This document shows positions 24,801 through 37,414 of a stretch of 64,000 nt of DNA, in pieces. The notes beneath the pieces are model-generated. The model had not been told where the DNA came from. It saw only the letters and a list, made by a program, of their open reading frames with translations, and did not search any database. The position numbers were made by a program, and so were the translations under genes. Source of the stretch: Takakia lepidozioides (lineage: Eukaryota; Plantae; Bryophyta); NCBI GenBank assembly GCA_030704615.1, contig CM060731.1, forward strand, positions 29,078,001 through 29,142,000, given 5' to 3'. How positions within the stretch are numbered: position 1 is the stretch's first letter; every line of letters starts with the position of its first letter.

Positions 24801-27800
24801 GTGCCTTGCGACGTTAGGGGCTTCACACATGTTGTCTTGAAAATAGAATCCTGTACTCTCACAGGGATTTAATTACGTGGCAGCGGCTCATTTTATTGCA
24901 AGATCAAGTCTCTTAGCTCACCAACTCATTGAAAGAAGCTCTCTCAGTATTTTTTATCCCACTGTCTGTTGTTGCACACCATGTGGGCAACAATGCTGGT
25001 TCTCTTACTTCCATTTTGAAGCTTAATGCACCGTGTGAGCACTGTGTTTATCTGTCCTGTGTTTGTCTGACGAATGTGAGCAATGCTGCAGGCGAGCTAG
25101 TGGGGCCATTGGTGGGGCTGGAGAGACAGAACTTCAGTTACAACGGCGTCGGTCAGCAACTTATCCTCCTGTTTCTTGCTTTCTAAATACCATCCTTGCT
25201 TGTACTGTTTTTCTTTCTTGACCCTTAGACAATCCCTTGAGCAGTAGTTGCTTTTGGGCTGTTTTTTGGCTCTGGTTTTGATTCTGTTTTTTCCATTTTG
25301 TACCATAAGCTCTTTGAGCTTTCATTTCATTTCTTAAATTCTCCATAGGCACACCGGGCGTTTGTAGGGGAAGGATGCGAATGTCACTTTAGTTAACCAG
25401 TGTGTGGTCCTGAAGAGGTAATGTCAGGCAAAACCGGCAAAAAAGACATAAGTTTATGTCAAACACCTGTACTCTTGCGTCACGGGTTGATGAAGCAGTT
25501 GGACTCTTGCATTAAAACATCAAGAGCAACCATAATTCTTTTCTTGGGTCAGCTCTCTGGCAACATAAGGTGATTGCTGTTGAAGTTCAGAATACTTCAA
25601 ATGTGGCTACACCATGTAGATGCAAAGGGATTGCATTTCCATCACCTGGATAATCAGGGTTGAAGAAGTGACTGTATTCGTCGGAGCTGGACAGAATTGG
25701 AGAGAGGAGAAACCGGTTAAAGGAGTTACTTTTAGAAGTGCGACGAACCAGGTCCTTGCATCGAGCTGCGCGGCAAAGGATTGCAAAGGCTGGAGGTCCT
25801 GGTCTTGGTCTCCCCGTGATAGCGGTTGTCGGATACACCAATGCGGTATGCTGGTTCCTTTTTGTCTTATCAAGCAATAGTGTCCGTACTGGCACCCGAA
25901 CTGGTTCATTGTCAGGGTCTTGCAAATCTTGGGGTGTGGGGCTCTTACTCTGTAAATCTTATAGTTGACAAGAGGGAACAGACACTACCTTTGCGAGGGG
26001 ACTTACCTTGATATAAACAATTATTTTTCGGGCTTTCCAGATATCCTCTAGATAGCCCTTTCACACAAGCATCAATCTGCTGTGTGAGCTTCCCAGCAAT
26101 TAGACTCCGGTGTAGATCATTACATTGAATGTGATTGAAGCAATTGCTAACATGTTCACAAGAGGCAGGAAGCTGCACTGTGAAGACATTCTTTTGCACA
26201 ATCTCTCTCTCTCTCATGCTCCAAAACAGCTAATGTGGCTGTTTGGGGTGAGTTTGGCATCCCTCCCTTAAGCTCCCGACGAGATGAATTCAAGGTCAGA
26301 TGGTGGGGTGAGCTGCAACGTAGGACTAATATCAGATATCTTAAGTTAATCGACTCCATATCTTGGAAGCAGGATCACCCTGTCAAACAGGCTAATCCCT
26401 GGCGGAAGAGGGTAGAAGAGATTCTCAAGGATCTGAATCTCAGTCCTCAAGTCTTGACCCTACTGGATAAATCTGATCTAGAGGCTGTAGTGTCCAAAGC
26501 CATGTCTGTTGCGAGGAAATTTTCTGATGAAAATGAAGTTCGGCAGAAAACTTCCCTGAGCTTGTTTCCAGTCTGAGACATGGGGGAGGCCATCATGGAC
26601 GACCTTAAGGGTTTACCCACTCTTGGCACTAGACTGAAATTTAAACTCAGGGCTACCTTTGAACAGCAAACAGAAGCAGAGAGGAAAGGGGAGTTTGTAA
26701 TGCCCGTTGTGTGGGCAACCTGAAGACAATTTCCGCTTTCTGATTCATTGTCCTGGGTATTCTCACCAGAGTGACAGCATCTTCAAATCCATCAAGGGAA
26801 TTGTCCCTGTACCTCTGTTTGCCAACTTTGAAAATCTCGAGGCTGAGCCAAAACTCTTGGATAACTAGACTTTTGGGGTCTAGTTATTGGGCAAATCACA
26901 GACAGCAGATTGATGTTTGTGTGAAGGGATTTCTAGAGGATATCTGGAGAACTCGGATCAATTGTGTGTTCCATGGAAAGTCTTACTACCGGCGTCAGCC
27001 CCCCCCAAAGGTAGTTTCTGCCTTTGTGTTCCGCTCAAACTGGGCGTGGGATCAATGGCCACAAGGCTACGGCAAACAACATCTTATGAGTACATTCTCT
27101 TTTCACCCATCAGGAAAATTGTTCCTACACCTCTGTTCACCAACTTCGAAAATCTCGAGGCTGAGCCTAAAGTTCTGTCGTGAGTAAAAGAGTAGATCAG
27201 CAGTTTTGCAGGGGCTAAATCCTTCTGATGGTCACTAAAACTTTCATCTGTCCAACTATGCTGCTATGGGAAGCCATGTAGCTATGAATTCAGACATGAC
27301 TGTTTTTATTACATGGGTCCGTGTATGACATTGCCATTTTGGGGGCTGGGAACTGTCTAGGGAAAGTCGTCAATGGTGGCTGCGCTTTCACAGAGCAATC
27401 TTTACGTTGATGATAGGTAAGAAGATTGTGAAAGCTTGCTACTTGCGGCCAGAATCTTGCTATTGTCTCAAGGAGGAGTGAATTGTACTTCAACAGGGCA
27501 GTTTTTAATCATCTGTTTTCTATTTATTGTCTTATGGTTCTACTTAGGGAAATTTGAAAATAGGTTCTACTCAGAGATATCAATCCATTTAGTAGTTGGT
27601 GACTTCAGGCAGGAGCTAAGAATTTGCTGTAAGGAAGGTGTGTCTCTGCAATTGGACATGTGTAAATAATTTATAGCTCCTCCTGTTCCATAGTGCTCTG
27701 CTCTTTCTAGCCTCTGACTAAGAAGAGCATATCGCTGCTACCGGCAGCTGATTTGAAACTGTCGTATGCTCTCCCAGTCAATGGACATTGGTCAAGGTTC

Positions 27801-30800
27801 CTGAAATCTATTACATTTGCCAATCTCCTTGCGTATCTACCTCTTTTCTCCCTCTCTGCTGACAACTCATGGAATGTCAATCAAATGGACTGCAGGCTGT
27901 TTGCAACCCTTGATTCTCGTGCACGCAGCGTGGTGCTTCCTTCCGGGTAAACATATTTCTGGTTGTTCCGGGGGTTCTTGTTTGTGACCCAGCACTTGTA
28001 GTGGTATGGTGTCCACAATGTTGTGTCCCCCAAAGGATCTCTGTTCTTCCTTTCTTTCTCTCTCACACATCTTCAAGTGGGGGTGCTTAAGGAGTGTATG
28101 TCAGCATGCTCCAAAACAGCCAATGTGGCTGTTCGGGGTGAGTTTGGCATTCCATCCTTAAGCTCCCGACGAGATGAATTCAAGGTCAGATGGTGGGTCA
28201 GCTGCAACATATGCCCAACACCAGATATCCTAAGTTAATCGACTCTATATCTTGGAAACAGGACTGCCCTGTCAAACAGGCTAAGTCCTGGCAGAAGAGA
28301 GTAGAAGAGATTCTCAAGGACCTGGACCTGGATCCGCAAGTCTTGACCCTGCTGGATAAATCTGACTTAGAGGCTGTAGTGTCCAAAGCCATGTCTGTTG
28401 CCATGAGATTGTCTGATGAAAATGAAGTTAGGCAGAAAACTTCCCTGAACTTGTTTCCAGTCAGTGACATGGGGGAGGACATCTTGGATTTGACCTCAAG
28501 GGTCTACCCACTCTCGGCACTAGACTGAAATTTAAACTCAGGGCAGGAAGCCTACCTTTGAACAGCAAACAGAAGCAGAGAGGAAAGGGAGAGTGCAATT
28601 GCCCGTTGTGTGGGCAATCTGAAGACAGTATTCATTTTCTGATACACTGTCCGGGGTTCTCTCACCAAAGAGACGCTCTCTTCAACTCTATCAAGGGAAT
28701 TGTGCCTGTACCCCTGTTTACCAACTTTGAAAGTCTCGAGGCTGAGCCAAAAGCCCAGGCCCTCCTGAGGCCTAGTTTTTGGGCAAATCACACACAGCAG
28801 ATTGATGCTTGTGTGAAGGGATTTCTAGAGGATATCTGGAAAACCCGGATTAATTCTTTATATGAAGGTAAGTCTTACTACCAACGTCAGCCCCTGACAG
28901 AGGTAGGTTCTGTTCCTTTTGTTCCCGCTCAAACTGGGCGCGGGGTCAATGGCCACAAGGCTACGGCAAACAACGTCTTATGAGTACAATCTCTCACACA
29001 GCCACAAACAGATGCAGAGAGGAAAGGGAGATTGTCAATGCCAGATGTGCGGGCAGCCTGAAGACAAAATCCATTTTCTGATACAATGTCCAGGGTATTC
29101 TCATCAGAGAGTGACCCTCTTACATAGTCGCTGTACCTCTGTACAACAACTTTCAAAATCTCAAGGCTGAGCCTAAAGCCCTGGCCCTGTTGGGGTGTAA
29201 TTGCTGGGCAGCTCACACACAGCAGATTGTGTGAGGGGCTTTCGAGAGGAAATCTGGAAAGCCTGAACTAATTGTTTATATTAAGGTAAGTTCCACTACT
29301 GGGGTGAGCAACTCACAAAGGAAGTATCCTGTCCCTCTTGTTCTGCCCAAACTGGTTGCAGTGTCTATGGCCACAAGGCTACAACACACAACATGTTATG
29401 AGTACATTGTCCCACACGCAGACGCAATATATGCACATATGCCTCTGCTTTCTGTGCACTTGCAAATAATGTTTTTTGATCTAGGTGGTGACTGCTTCCC
29501 AGACATCTTAGCTAATGCGAAGACCTAGAATTCATTTTACTAGCAATCTCAATATCAGGTTGGGATGGGTGAAGGCTTCTGACACATCCAAATTTAATTT
29601 CTCGCTGAATCGCTTGATATGGTATTTTGAGATTAAAGCTATTAAAAGTGTGTGACAGTGGTATTGTTGACATGCAGGCAAAGAGTGTTGCTAAGTGACA
29701 CTGTTGGTTTCATCTCCGACCTGCCAATTCAAGTAAGGGCCAAGTGGGGCAGTGTCTGTTGTTTGACTTCCCTTTGACCTGTCTGAGAAGTTTCTTTGGT
29801 GTGCTGTGCACACCCACGAGAGGTTTATGTCACATATGCAAGACTTGGTGCATTTTTTTGATGAGTCTCAAACGCTTTACTCAGGATACATTGGCTACAA
29901 ATGAATACACCTTCATGTCTGTGTTTATGCATGTATAGGTGTGCCTCTGTACATGGAGAATAAATGTGATGGATGGGTCCGTCATGTGTTGCTTGCCAGT
30001 TGGTTGAGGCATTCCAAGCCACATTGGAAGAGGTGGTCGAGGCTGACTTTTTGCTGGTGAGCCTCCTTTGCTATTCCTGTGAAGTGAGATGCACCTTTGT
30101 GCCAATGTATCCGGATACAACGCTCGCAGCTGGTCCTTTTTGTCATTGCACTTGTTTATGAAATCACGGGTACAAAAGGTTCCCAGGTAATAAGTTCAGC
30201 TAGCTGTGAGTCAATGTTGAGGTTGAGTGACGTGCAGGGTTCACTCAAGTCGAATGAGGTTGTGTGCGAAGGACTGATGTGTTACTATATTGAGTGGTCA
30301 CTATGGGTGTGATTTCTGTTCTGTTTGTGGGAGTAGTATTTTTGTTTTGTGTTGGTGTTTATTGTCATTGGTAACCAATTTGACACCCAGCTTTGTGGGG
30401 GCTTGGCAGCATGTGATTGACAGCAGCGCCCCAAATGCAGATGAGCAGCGAGAGGCAGTGTTACAAGTGCTACGGGAAATCGGTGTTCCACAGGCCAAAC
30501 TCGAAACCTGCATGGTGGAAGCTTGGAACAAGGTTCTTCATAGTGACGCTCTGTGTGTGGTTGGTGAGAGGAGAAATTTGAGAGAGGCTTGTGAAACCTG
30601 ATAATTACGTGTGATTACTCCGTAACCTTACATTGAGGATAACTGCTGGCTTCAGTCCTGCAAATACGTGGGGTTGTTGACCTCTGCATGTGGACGTTCC
30701 ACATTGTTTTCGACACATCAAGTGGAGAACAAAGGTCTGATCTAGAAAAGGAAAGCAAGGGCTTCTGATGCAAGGGGGACACAAGGTGAAAATTTACTCT

Positions 30801-31203
30801 GGTATTGGCTGAATTGCAGGTTGATCTGGTACAGAATGCATCAGGGACAACGGACCACAGTAGTCCTCTTGCAGTCGAAGGACCAATTCAGTTCTCCTCT
30901 TTTCCCATTTTTGAAGGAGAGGAGTCGGAAGATGAATCAGCCACTGTAGATGATAATGTCATTCCTAATGAGAATGTCAAGATTATAGCTATTGGTGGCA
31001 GTCCAGTGCAAACAGAGATGGAGTGCAAAGAGCAAAGGGTAATACAGGGGTTTGGGTGGTCAAATGGAGGGGTCGCACGAGTGAGCACCTCAGCTGCCAA
31101 AGGAATTGGACTGGACGCCTTGTTAGAATTGCTTGACAGAAAGCTGTCTGGAGAATCCAATCCAGACTTTGTGGCACCCAGGGGGTCCAAAGGATTATTT
31201 TGA
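21884..31203 (+). CDS. HflX: HflX-family GTP-binding protein, organelle-targeted type. Exons approx. 21884-22754, 23088-23152, 23515-23577, 24009-24098, 24584-24699, 25092-25151, 25695-25845, 27361-27416, 27896-27946, 29678-29732, 30000-30056, 30410-30532, 30820-31203; start uncertain
   Basis: The spliced translation gives YFGPGT, QQRNLE-AAWDRPVLDRVGLIIEIF.AHAQTKEAKLQVELA, GAGETELQLQRRRI, G1 VVGYTNAGKSS, G2 LFATLD, G3 LSDTVGFISDLP, LVEAFQATLEEV, G4 WNKVD and G5 TSA..GIGL. Splice phases are consistent. Confidence 0.93.
25965..27180 (+). mobile_element. Intronic non-LTR retrotransposon 3'-end fragments (first piece 25965-26055 inverted)
   Basis: SKTANVAVWGEFGIPPL..RWW and a Cys/His finger remnant; near-duplicate of 28075-28990. 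Confidence 0.7.
28075..29410 (+). mobile_element. Intronic non-LTR retrotransposon 3' ends, two tandem copies
   Basis: Post-RT region TANVAVRGEFG, CPLCGQSEDSIHFLIHCP zinc finger, shared 3' end 'atggccacaaggctac..caac..ttatgagtaca'. Confidence 0.75.
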
Positions 31204-33477
31204 TCAGTTACTCACCACAGCAAAAAATAAAAAGTGACATATCCATTGTCATGATATGAATCAACCTATTTCTTGTCTCCTCCAGGACTACCTTTCCACT
31301 CAGGTTACAGTATGGCAACTCATGATCCGTCCGCAAACCAACTCTTAGACAAACTGTCAGATCCCAAAGATAGATTGTCTAAGAGCTTTGCATCCAAATT
31401 CCTCTGTTTTTTTTTCTCCTCAGACCTTGGTTCACTACTGATGGTGTTGGTAGCCTGTGTGATGGCTTCTCCTTGAGACCTACTACTTTCACTCATAGTA
31501 ATTGATTGAAACCCATAAAATTATACTACTATATGTAATCTTCTAAGATTTTATCCTCTTTCATCATGGTCATGTTTTCATCCATTTGTGAGGCCACCTT
31601 CTTCATCACTTGTAGTGCAGTGGTATCTTAGGTTAGAGGTGTTACTTGGTGAAGGGGTAAACTACTTTTTGGTATGTGGGAACTGAGGTTAATGAGATCA
31701 ATCTCCGCCACTGAATCTAGGTTCAAAAAATCTTAGAGTCCAGCCCATGAAGAAGAACTTTGGCAGTGGGGCCCATCAGTGCAGTGCACATGCTCTATAT
31801 CCTCTGTATCCACCAAGGTTTAGAGAGTGGATAGGAGGTCTACGGAGACTTCTGGGAGATCTCTAGGCTCCCTATACACTCCAGACGTATCTTCCAGGAA
31901 CCAGCAGAACATGAGACTAGACTAACTTGTTTTGTTGCAGTTGTCCAAGGCCTCACGGGCAAAGCTTGAGGGAAGGAAAACATCACCGAAAAATGGGTCC
32001 GGTCGCTCTCTTAGAGCATCACCAACCTTGAGCCTGAAAAACTCCCTGCAACACCAAAGATAGTGTCGTCGATTCAGTGCCTGCTGGGTTCTGTGGCGCG
32101 GCAGCCCGACTCGTGCACACCCTTGTCCCTGACTCGCCCACGCTATCCCCGCGCACCTCGCCTCCCATTGCCGGAAGGGGCGAGATATCTGCCAAGATGC
32201 TGACAGGCACACGCTTGGTCACGTTGACTTGGATTCAGGGATGTATTCTGTGCTCAGAATAGAGCGCATGGGTGGCGACCCCCACCATACCCTCCCGTTC
32301 CGTTGGCGTGCTGTTCAGTGTAGGGTGGGGATGCTCTCAGAAACTCACCCAAGCTCCGCACAAATCTTTTGCTTTGTATTCGGGCATGACTTTTCTAGAT
32401 CATGTCTAACCCACCACACTCTTAACTGCTAGGTTCCATGGGCACTCCCACTGGCCCCTACATGAATCCGCCAATGTTTTAAGAGGCCCTGCTGGTTTAG
32501 ATGGAATATTCTCTAAGGGGCGCCCCCAACAAATCGCACCTTGTTAAAGGCTGCGAAAAAGCCGACCCTTCACAAGGGGCAATCCATGTAGGGGGGGCGG
32601 GCTGCACCCTTACAATAAAGAGGGAATTTTTTTTTGACATTTTCATTCAAAACTTATATTGATTATTCGTTACTCAGAGGTTGGGTAGCGCATGACATGC
32701 TCAGGTATCGAATATTAAGGATATTCCCTAGATGTTTTAGAGTATTCTCCAGCGAAACTAAAAACTTTGCGAAACTTTTTTTAACTGCTCACATATGCCC
32801 TTGCAGCATCACCTATACACGATAAACATGTTAGCCTATAGGCGTGGGTTTCCTCATGTTATGTGAACCGGATACCCCAGAAAACCCCAAAAAAAACAAA
32901 AATCGTGGTTTTCAGTCTGGTCAGCAGCTTAAGCCCTAGAAAAGTTATTTTCGCACTGAGAAAATAAATATGAAGGTACTCATATGCACTGTGTCCGTTA
33001 ACATGTAATTCCTATGACCGCGGTTTGAAAACATTTAACCCCTATGACCGCGGGTTGTGCTCACGCTGTGCTCACTCGATACCAACCCCCCTTACTCACA
33101 TGGCAATTGGTGCCATGAATTTAACAGCAGTGTATGGAATGGTCTCCATGGAACCACCCTCATGGTTTTATGGACGGACGATCCTCTATTGGGGGAGTGC
33201 GCGGGAAAGTGGCCTCCTCATGTGTGTTTATTCTTTTTTTGTTGTGATTTGTACTCCAAGAGCATGGACATGTTGGGGTGTGAATAGCTTATGCAACTTC
33301 AGAGAGCACAATAGAATGTGCTACATATTCCCAAGATGTTCTTTGAAAATTTCATAGCAAAATGAAATTCTCCCGATGTTAGAGATTTTGCAGAACAGCA
33401 ACCAGCAGGGTGAGCATAATCACAAAGATGCAACAGTGTTCCCAATATTTGCTCAACTGAGCATAGAGGAACTGCGT

Positions 33478-33631
33478 ATACATATATATATGACGCCTCC
33501 CCAAGGAAGCATAAATTATGGTGTCTCGTGATCCCGAAGGGCTACTGCCAGCAAGAAGGTGGACACCTTTGTTACACCAATTGGTGGATTGAACGGAAGT
33601 GGTGGTATGAGCCCATTACCACTAGGTTACA
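33478..33631 (-). mobile_element. tRNA-derived SINE, family A, internally deleted copy
   Basis: Reverse complement aligns with 45655-45815 and has an (AT)n tail. Confidence 0.75.
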
Positions 33632-33693
33632 TCGTGGAACTACAAGATTAAGGAGCTTCCAGGGTGAGTTTTTCGCCTGCTACTCTCGCACTT

Positions 33694-33876
33694 GAGCAGG
33701 TAGCCCAGTGGTTGGGTGTTTGTGCCTTGCCTCTACATAACCTGGGTGATCCTGGGTTCAATCCTTCAACCTGTGCCTTTAGACCGTCCATTGTCGATGG
33801 CCTGTGTGTTGAGCAGTAGGCTCTGTAAATTCACTGGACGTTAAAGAATCTTAATCTTTATCTTATCTTTATCTTG
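33694..33876 (+). mobile_element. tRNA-derived SINE, family B
   Basis: Box A TAGCCCAGTGG (33701), box B GGTTCAATCC (33755), 3' GGACGTTAAA and an (ATCTT)n-like tail. Confidence 0.7.
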
Positions 33877-36800
33877 GATAAATTACTCCCTGTGAAATAG
33901 AGTTTTACTGGCGAAACATTCTAACCCTAACAAAATATTCCACCGCTATATCCTCTGACATCTCCTATCCGCTGACATACCCTATTGACGCTCAAGTACA
34001 TGTGTCACCCATTTCCGTGGTTTCATATCTCCTATACCCGTAGTGGGCCTATAGGCGCTCGGTATTGTGCTCACAGGGTAATTCGGTCACTGGGGCCCTT
34101 TGCTTGCCTTGAAGGGTTAGAAGCTTTGTTGATTGATGGGTTAATGTTGGTACTTACAAAGAGGCCATGTTGCATGTCAGGGACGATCAATAATACAATC
34201 TAAACATGCATATTGTATTGCAGCTGGTCAGAGCACTCATGTAGTGCAAGCAAGAAAAATCTAATCAAGAGCATTTTGGGCTGCATGATTCACACATATT
34301 CTCTCTTCACCTCCACCACACCTTCACAGAGAAATCCTTCCAAAGATTATAACTTAGCCTGTCAGGGAATATTTCCGAGTATTAAACTAAAATAAGGCAG
34401 GGTAATTGAAGTGCCTCGGGATGCAGACGTTCACCGTGGTAATCCTGGAGGTGGGTTGCTACCCAGGAGGGTGAAGAAGAACATCCCGGGTCCTCACCTT
34501 TCGGATTGCGGAAGCGTTGAGGAATCGGGAGAAATCATTTTGAAGGTGGAGTCATAACTGCCTGGCCATGTTAGCAAAATTTTGTAACATGTTGCTGGGA
34601 CACTGGCTGGAGTAGAACCGGATTCTTCTCCGAGTCATTAAACACTGGAAGCATTTTTTAAGCATCTAAGAATCTGTTGAGTGGAGCATGGGGGGTGTTG
34701 AAAATGGGTCATTCATTGCCATTATGGGAGTGAGATTTTGAACTAGAAAAGGATCCTCATCCACAAGCCGCTCACCACCTAAACCTCGGTGCCGGCCGAA
34801 TGGCCATCAAGCACTAATTTTAGAGCGGTTGACAAACCCACTCATTTAAACTTTTATAGACACTGGGAAGAATCTAAGACGCACAAAATTAGCAGCCTAT
34901 CTCCAAAGCCTGTTGAACTAGAGACTCAACAGTGGTTGCCACTTTCACTCAATAATAGAGCGCATTGATTGTAATGATAGTCCACGGATGGTTGGGTGAG
35001 AAGCTCATGCTCCTCCAAATTCCAATGCTAACTTATGAGCATCTCTGTCGAATGGGATGATGGATCCAATACCCACACACTCCCCCTATGTCCCGGCAAA
35101 AATTGAAGGGGCAAATCATGGATCAATCACTCACTAGAGCGCCAACTGGGTTCCTTATGTATTGGGCAGAGTGCCGCAGACAAGGCCAAGTCTATTGCAA
35201 CACCTTCCCCCAATACAAAGACCTAACAACCACTGTTCCCTCCCCCCTTCATTCAATGTGTCTATCTATGCACCACATCCAACACTCTCTGTATCCGCAC
35301 GTGCAAAGGACGCCGCCGTCACGCCATAACTGAATGGGCCCACGGTAGACTTGAGACTATATCATGCTTGGGTTGGTTAGGTTGACCTGTAACCTAACCT
35401 AACCAGCTGCTGTTAAGTTACCTGTTAAAAGTTGGTGAAGCTACCTCACACTTTCTATATTTTCCGTTCAATAAAATAGATCATGTTATTATAATGATAA
35501 CAAAAATAATAATATAATGCTATCCCCGACCAATGTGTCGGGAAGCATTGAGCTATGGCGGTCACTCACATTCCGTCGCCACCCACCCGCAACTGTTGTA
35601 ATTCCGGGGGCCCATCTTCCGTTACAATTGCACGAGATTGCATGATGCAATGTATTAATAATATATCGAGAGGATGAACGTGGGCCGGTTTGGTAGCGGG
35701 CACGAACCCTTCTGTGCCTTCTGTGCCCCCATCCGCCTGCCGTTGACTCCACACATCCATTTAAAATGCGATTGCGAAATGAGTGAAATTCAACGAACCC
35801 ACGAAACAAGCTCTTTTCCGAAAGTTTTTTCCTTTCTCATTTTTCGGAAACCGGGCTGCGCTAGTTGTTATCCATTTTGAGGGCAATTCCCGTGGAAGCT
35901 TCTCAGTTTTTGTTTTCGGGCAACTCCTATTTGCGTTTGGGTGGATAGTCACACCTGTGTATATGGGAGTAACAAACGAATGAAGATGGCACCCTGTATC
36001 AATTCATTCATTCATTCAGTTGTTCATCCATGGAGCCCTAGAGGGGGTGCGTCCACAGCGGGTGTTGCCAAGAAGGCAGCAGGCGGCAGGGATCGGACGG
36101 TAGCCGACCCGCCCAGCCGGCGGCCGCGGCCGCGCCGTCGCCCTTCTGCCCGTGGGCAGGTACCCAAGCGCGGGTGGCTGGCGTGCCGGCCTGCGCGGTG
36201 CAGTCCGCGCTGACCGCTGCCCCGCTACGTTTTACCCCCTGCCCGGGACGCAGCCCTCTCGCCCACGTTTTTTCCCTGTGAGCTTTCCCGGGAAACCAGG
36301 CAGGCCTCTGGTAGTGGTTAGGTTAGGTCAGGCGACTGCACTCCGGTCAGCGCATTCCACAAGTGGTCCTGCGCTCAAATCCACGTGTCCCACCAAGTGC
36401 GCTCGCAACGCGTGTCTTCAAGTTTATCCGGTCCTATCACAGAGTCCCTCATCCACTTTACCTCATCCGACACCCTCCTTTACTTTTCTTCTTCTAACGG
36501 AAAGCCACTGCTCTCACGACAGTTGCTATTTTCGTCGGGTACAATTACGTGCAGAATACCCCTGCCCTATTCCGCGCACCCGTCACCCACATGCAGATGA
36601 GTGTGGGAGCAGAGCGGAGTGGTCGTGGTCATCAGCGACCGAGACAGCACCCGCGCAGTTTCACATGGAACCGCATGGTGTGGAGCCAAGGAAGGTCGAT
36701 AGCGCATTGGGTGCGTAACCCCATTCCGGGAACTTGTCGGCTACGTTGCAGGGCATATTTGTGGTGGGTAGCGTCAGCGATTGCAGCTCAGAATGCGCAC

Positions 36801-37309
36801 ATATCGAAAAGGAAATATCAACCAAAAGATGTGTGTGGAAAAGATAAAAAACCGGAAAAAAAAAGGTGGAAGACAGAGAAGGACCCGACACGTCACGCAG
36901 CGCACAGGCAGGATGGCACGTGTGGAGGTGTGGGCGCTTTGGAGAACAAGCGCAGGCGTCGGAGCGGTCGGGAGCGCGCTGCTGGTGCTATCCTCTCGCT
37001 CGCTCGCAGCCTCGCTGCTGCCCTGCCCCCGTCGTGGGAATTGAGGTTGCGGAGAAGGAGTGGACAGGAAGGTTGGGGTCGGGTGCGAGGAGGAGATAGA
37101 GAGGCGCGCACGCAAGGTGAGGGAAGAAATCTGCGGGAGGAGGAGGAGCAGGGGGCCGTGAAGGAGGCTGCTTGCTAGATTAACATCAAGCTGCTTGCTA
37201 GATTTTGCGCGATATACAGGGACCGAGCTGCAGTGGGGAGTGGTGGAAGGACAGGAGGAGGAAGAGGCGTTGGACGGCGGTGGTTGTGAGTGTGGGTTTT
37301 AGCAGCTGC

Positions 37310-37409
37310 ATGTAGAAGGATGTGTGCACGCTGTGCTTGGGAGAGTGGAGCTCTGACGAATAGGATCGATCGTGACCGCGGCATTTTGGGCACAGCAGAT
37401 CGTGAATAG
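37310..37409 (+). promoter_or_regulatory. Candidate upstream ORFs in the ARF 5' leader
   Basis: ATG-TAG at 37310-37315, and a 29-codon ORF at 37320-37409 ending 5 nt before the ATG at 37415. Confidence 0.4.
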
Positions 37410-37414
37410 ACGTC

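Noticed and set aside
31800-33360. Solo LTR or MITE between HflX and ARF
   Set aside because: It looks repetitive (weak similarity of about 32680 to about 44445), but no termini or TSD could be defined.
34400-35000. PIF/Harbinger transposase remnant
   Set aside because: Only a weak LKKCFQCL resemblance on the minus strand, which is insufficient.
35941-37178. Long GC-rich ORFs (188 and 209 aa) upstream of ARF
   Set aside because: Low-complexity Arg/Pro/Gly translations in overlapping frames, typical of a GC-rich promoter region.
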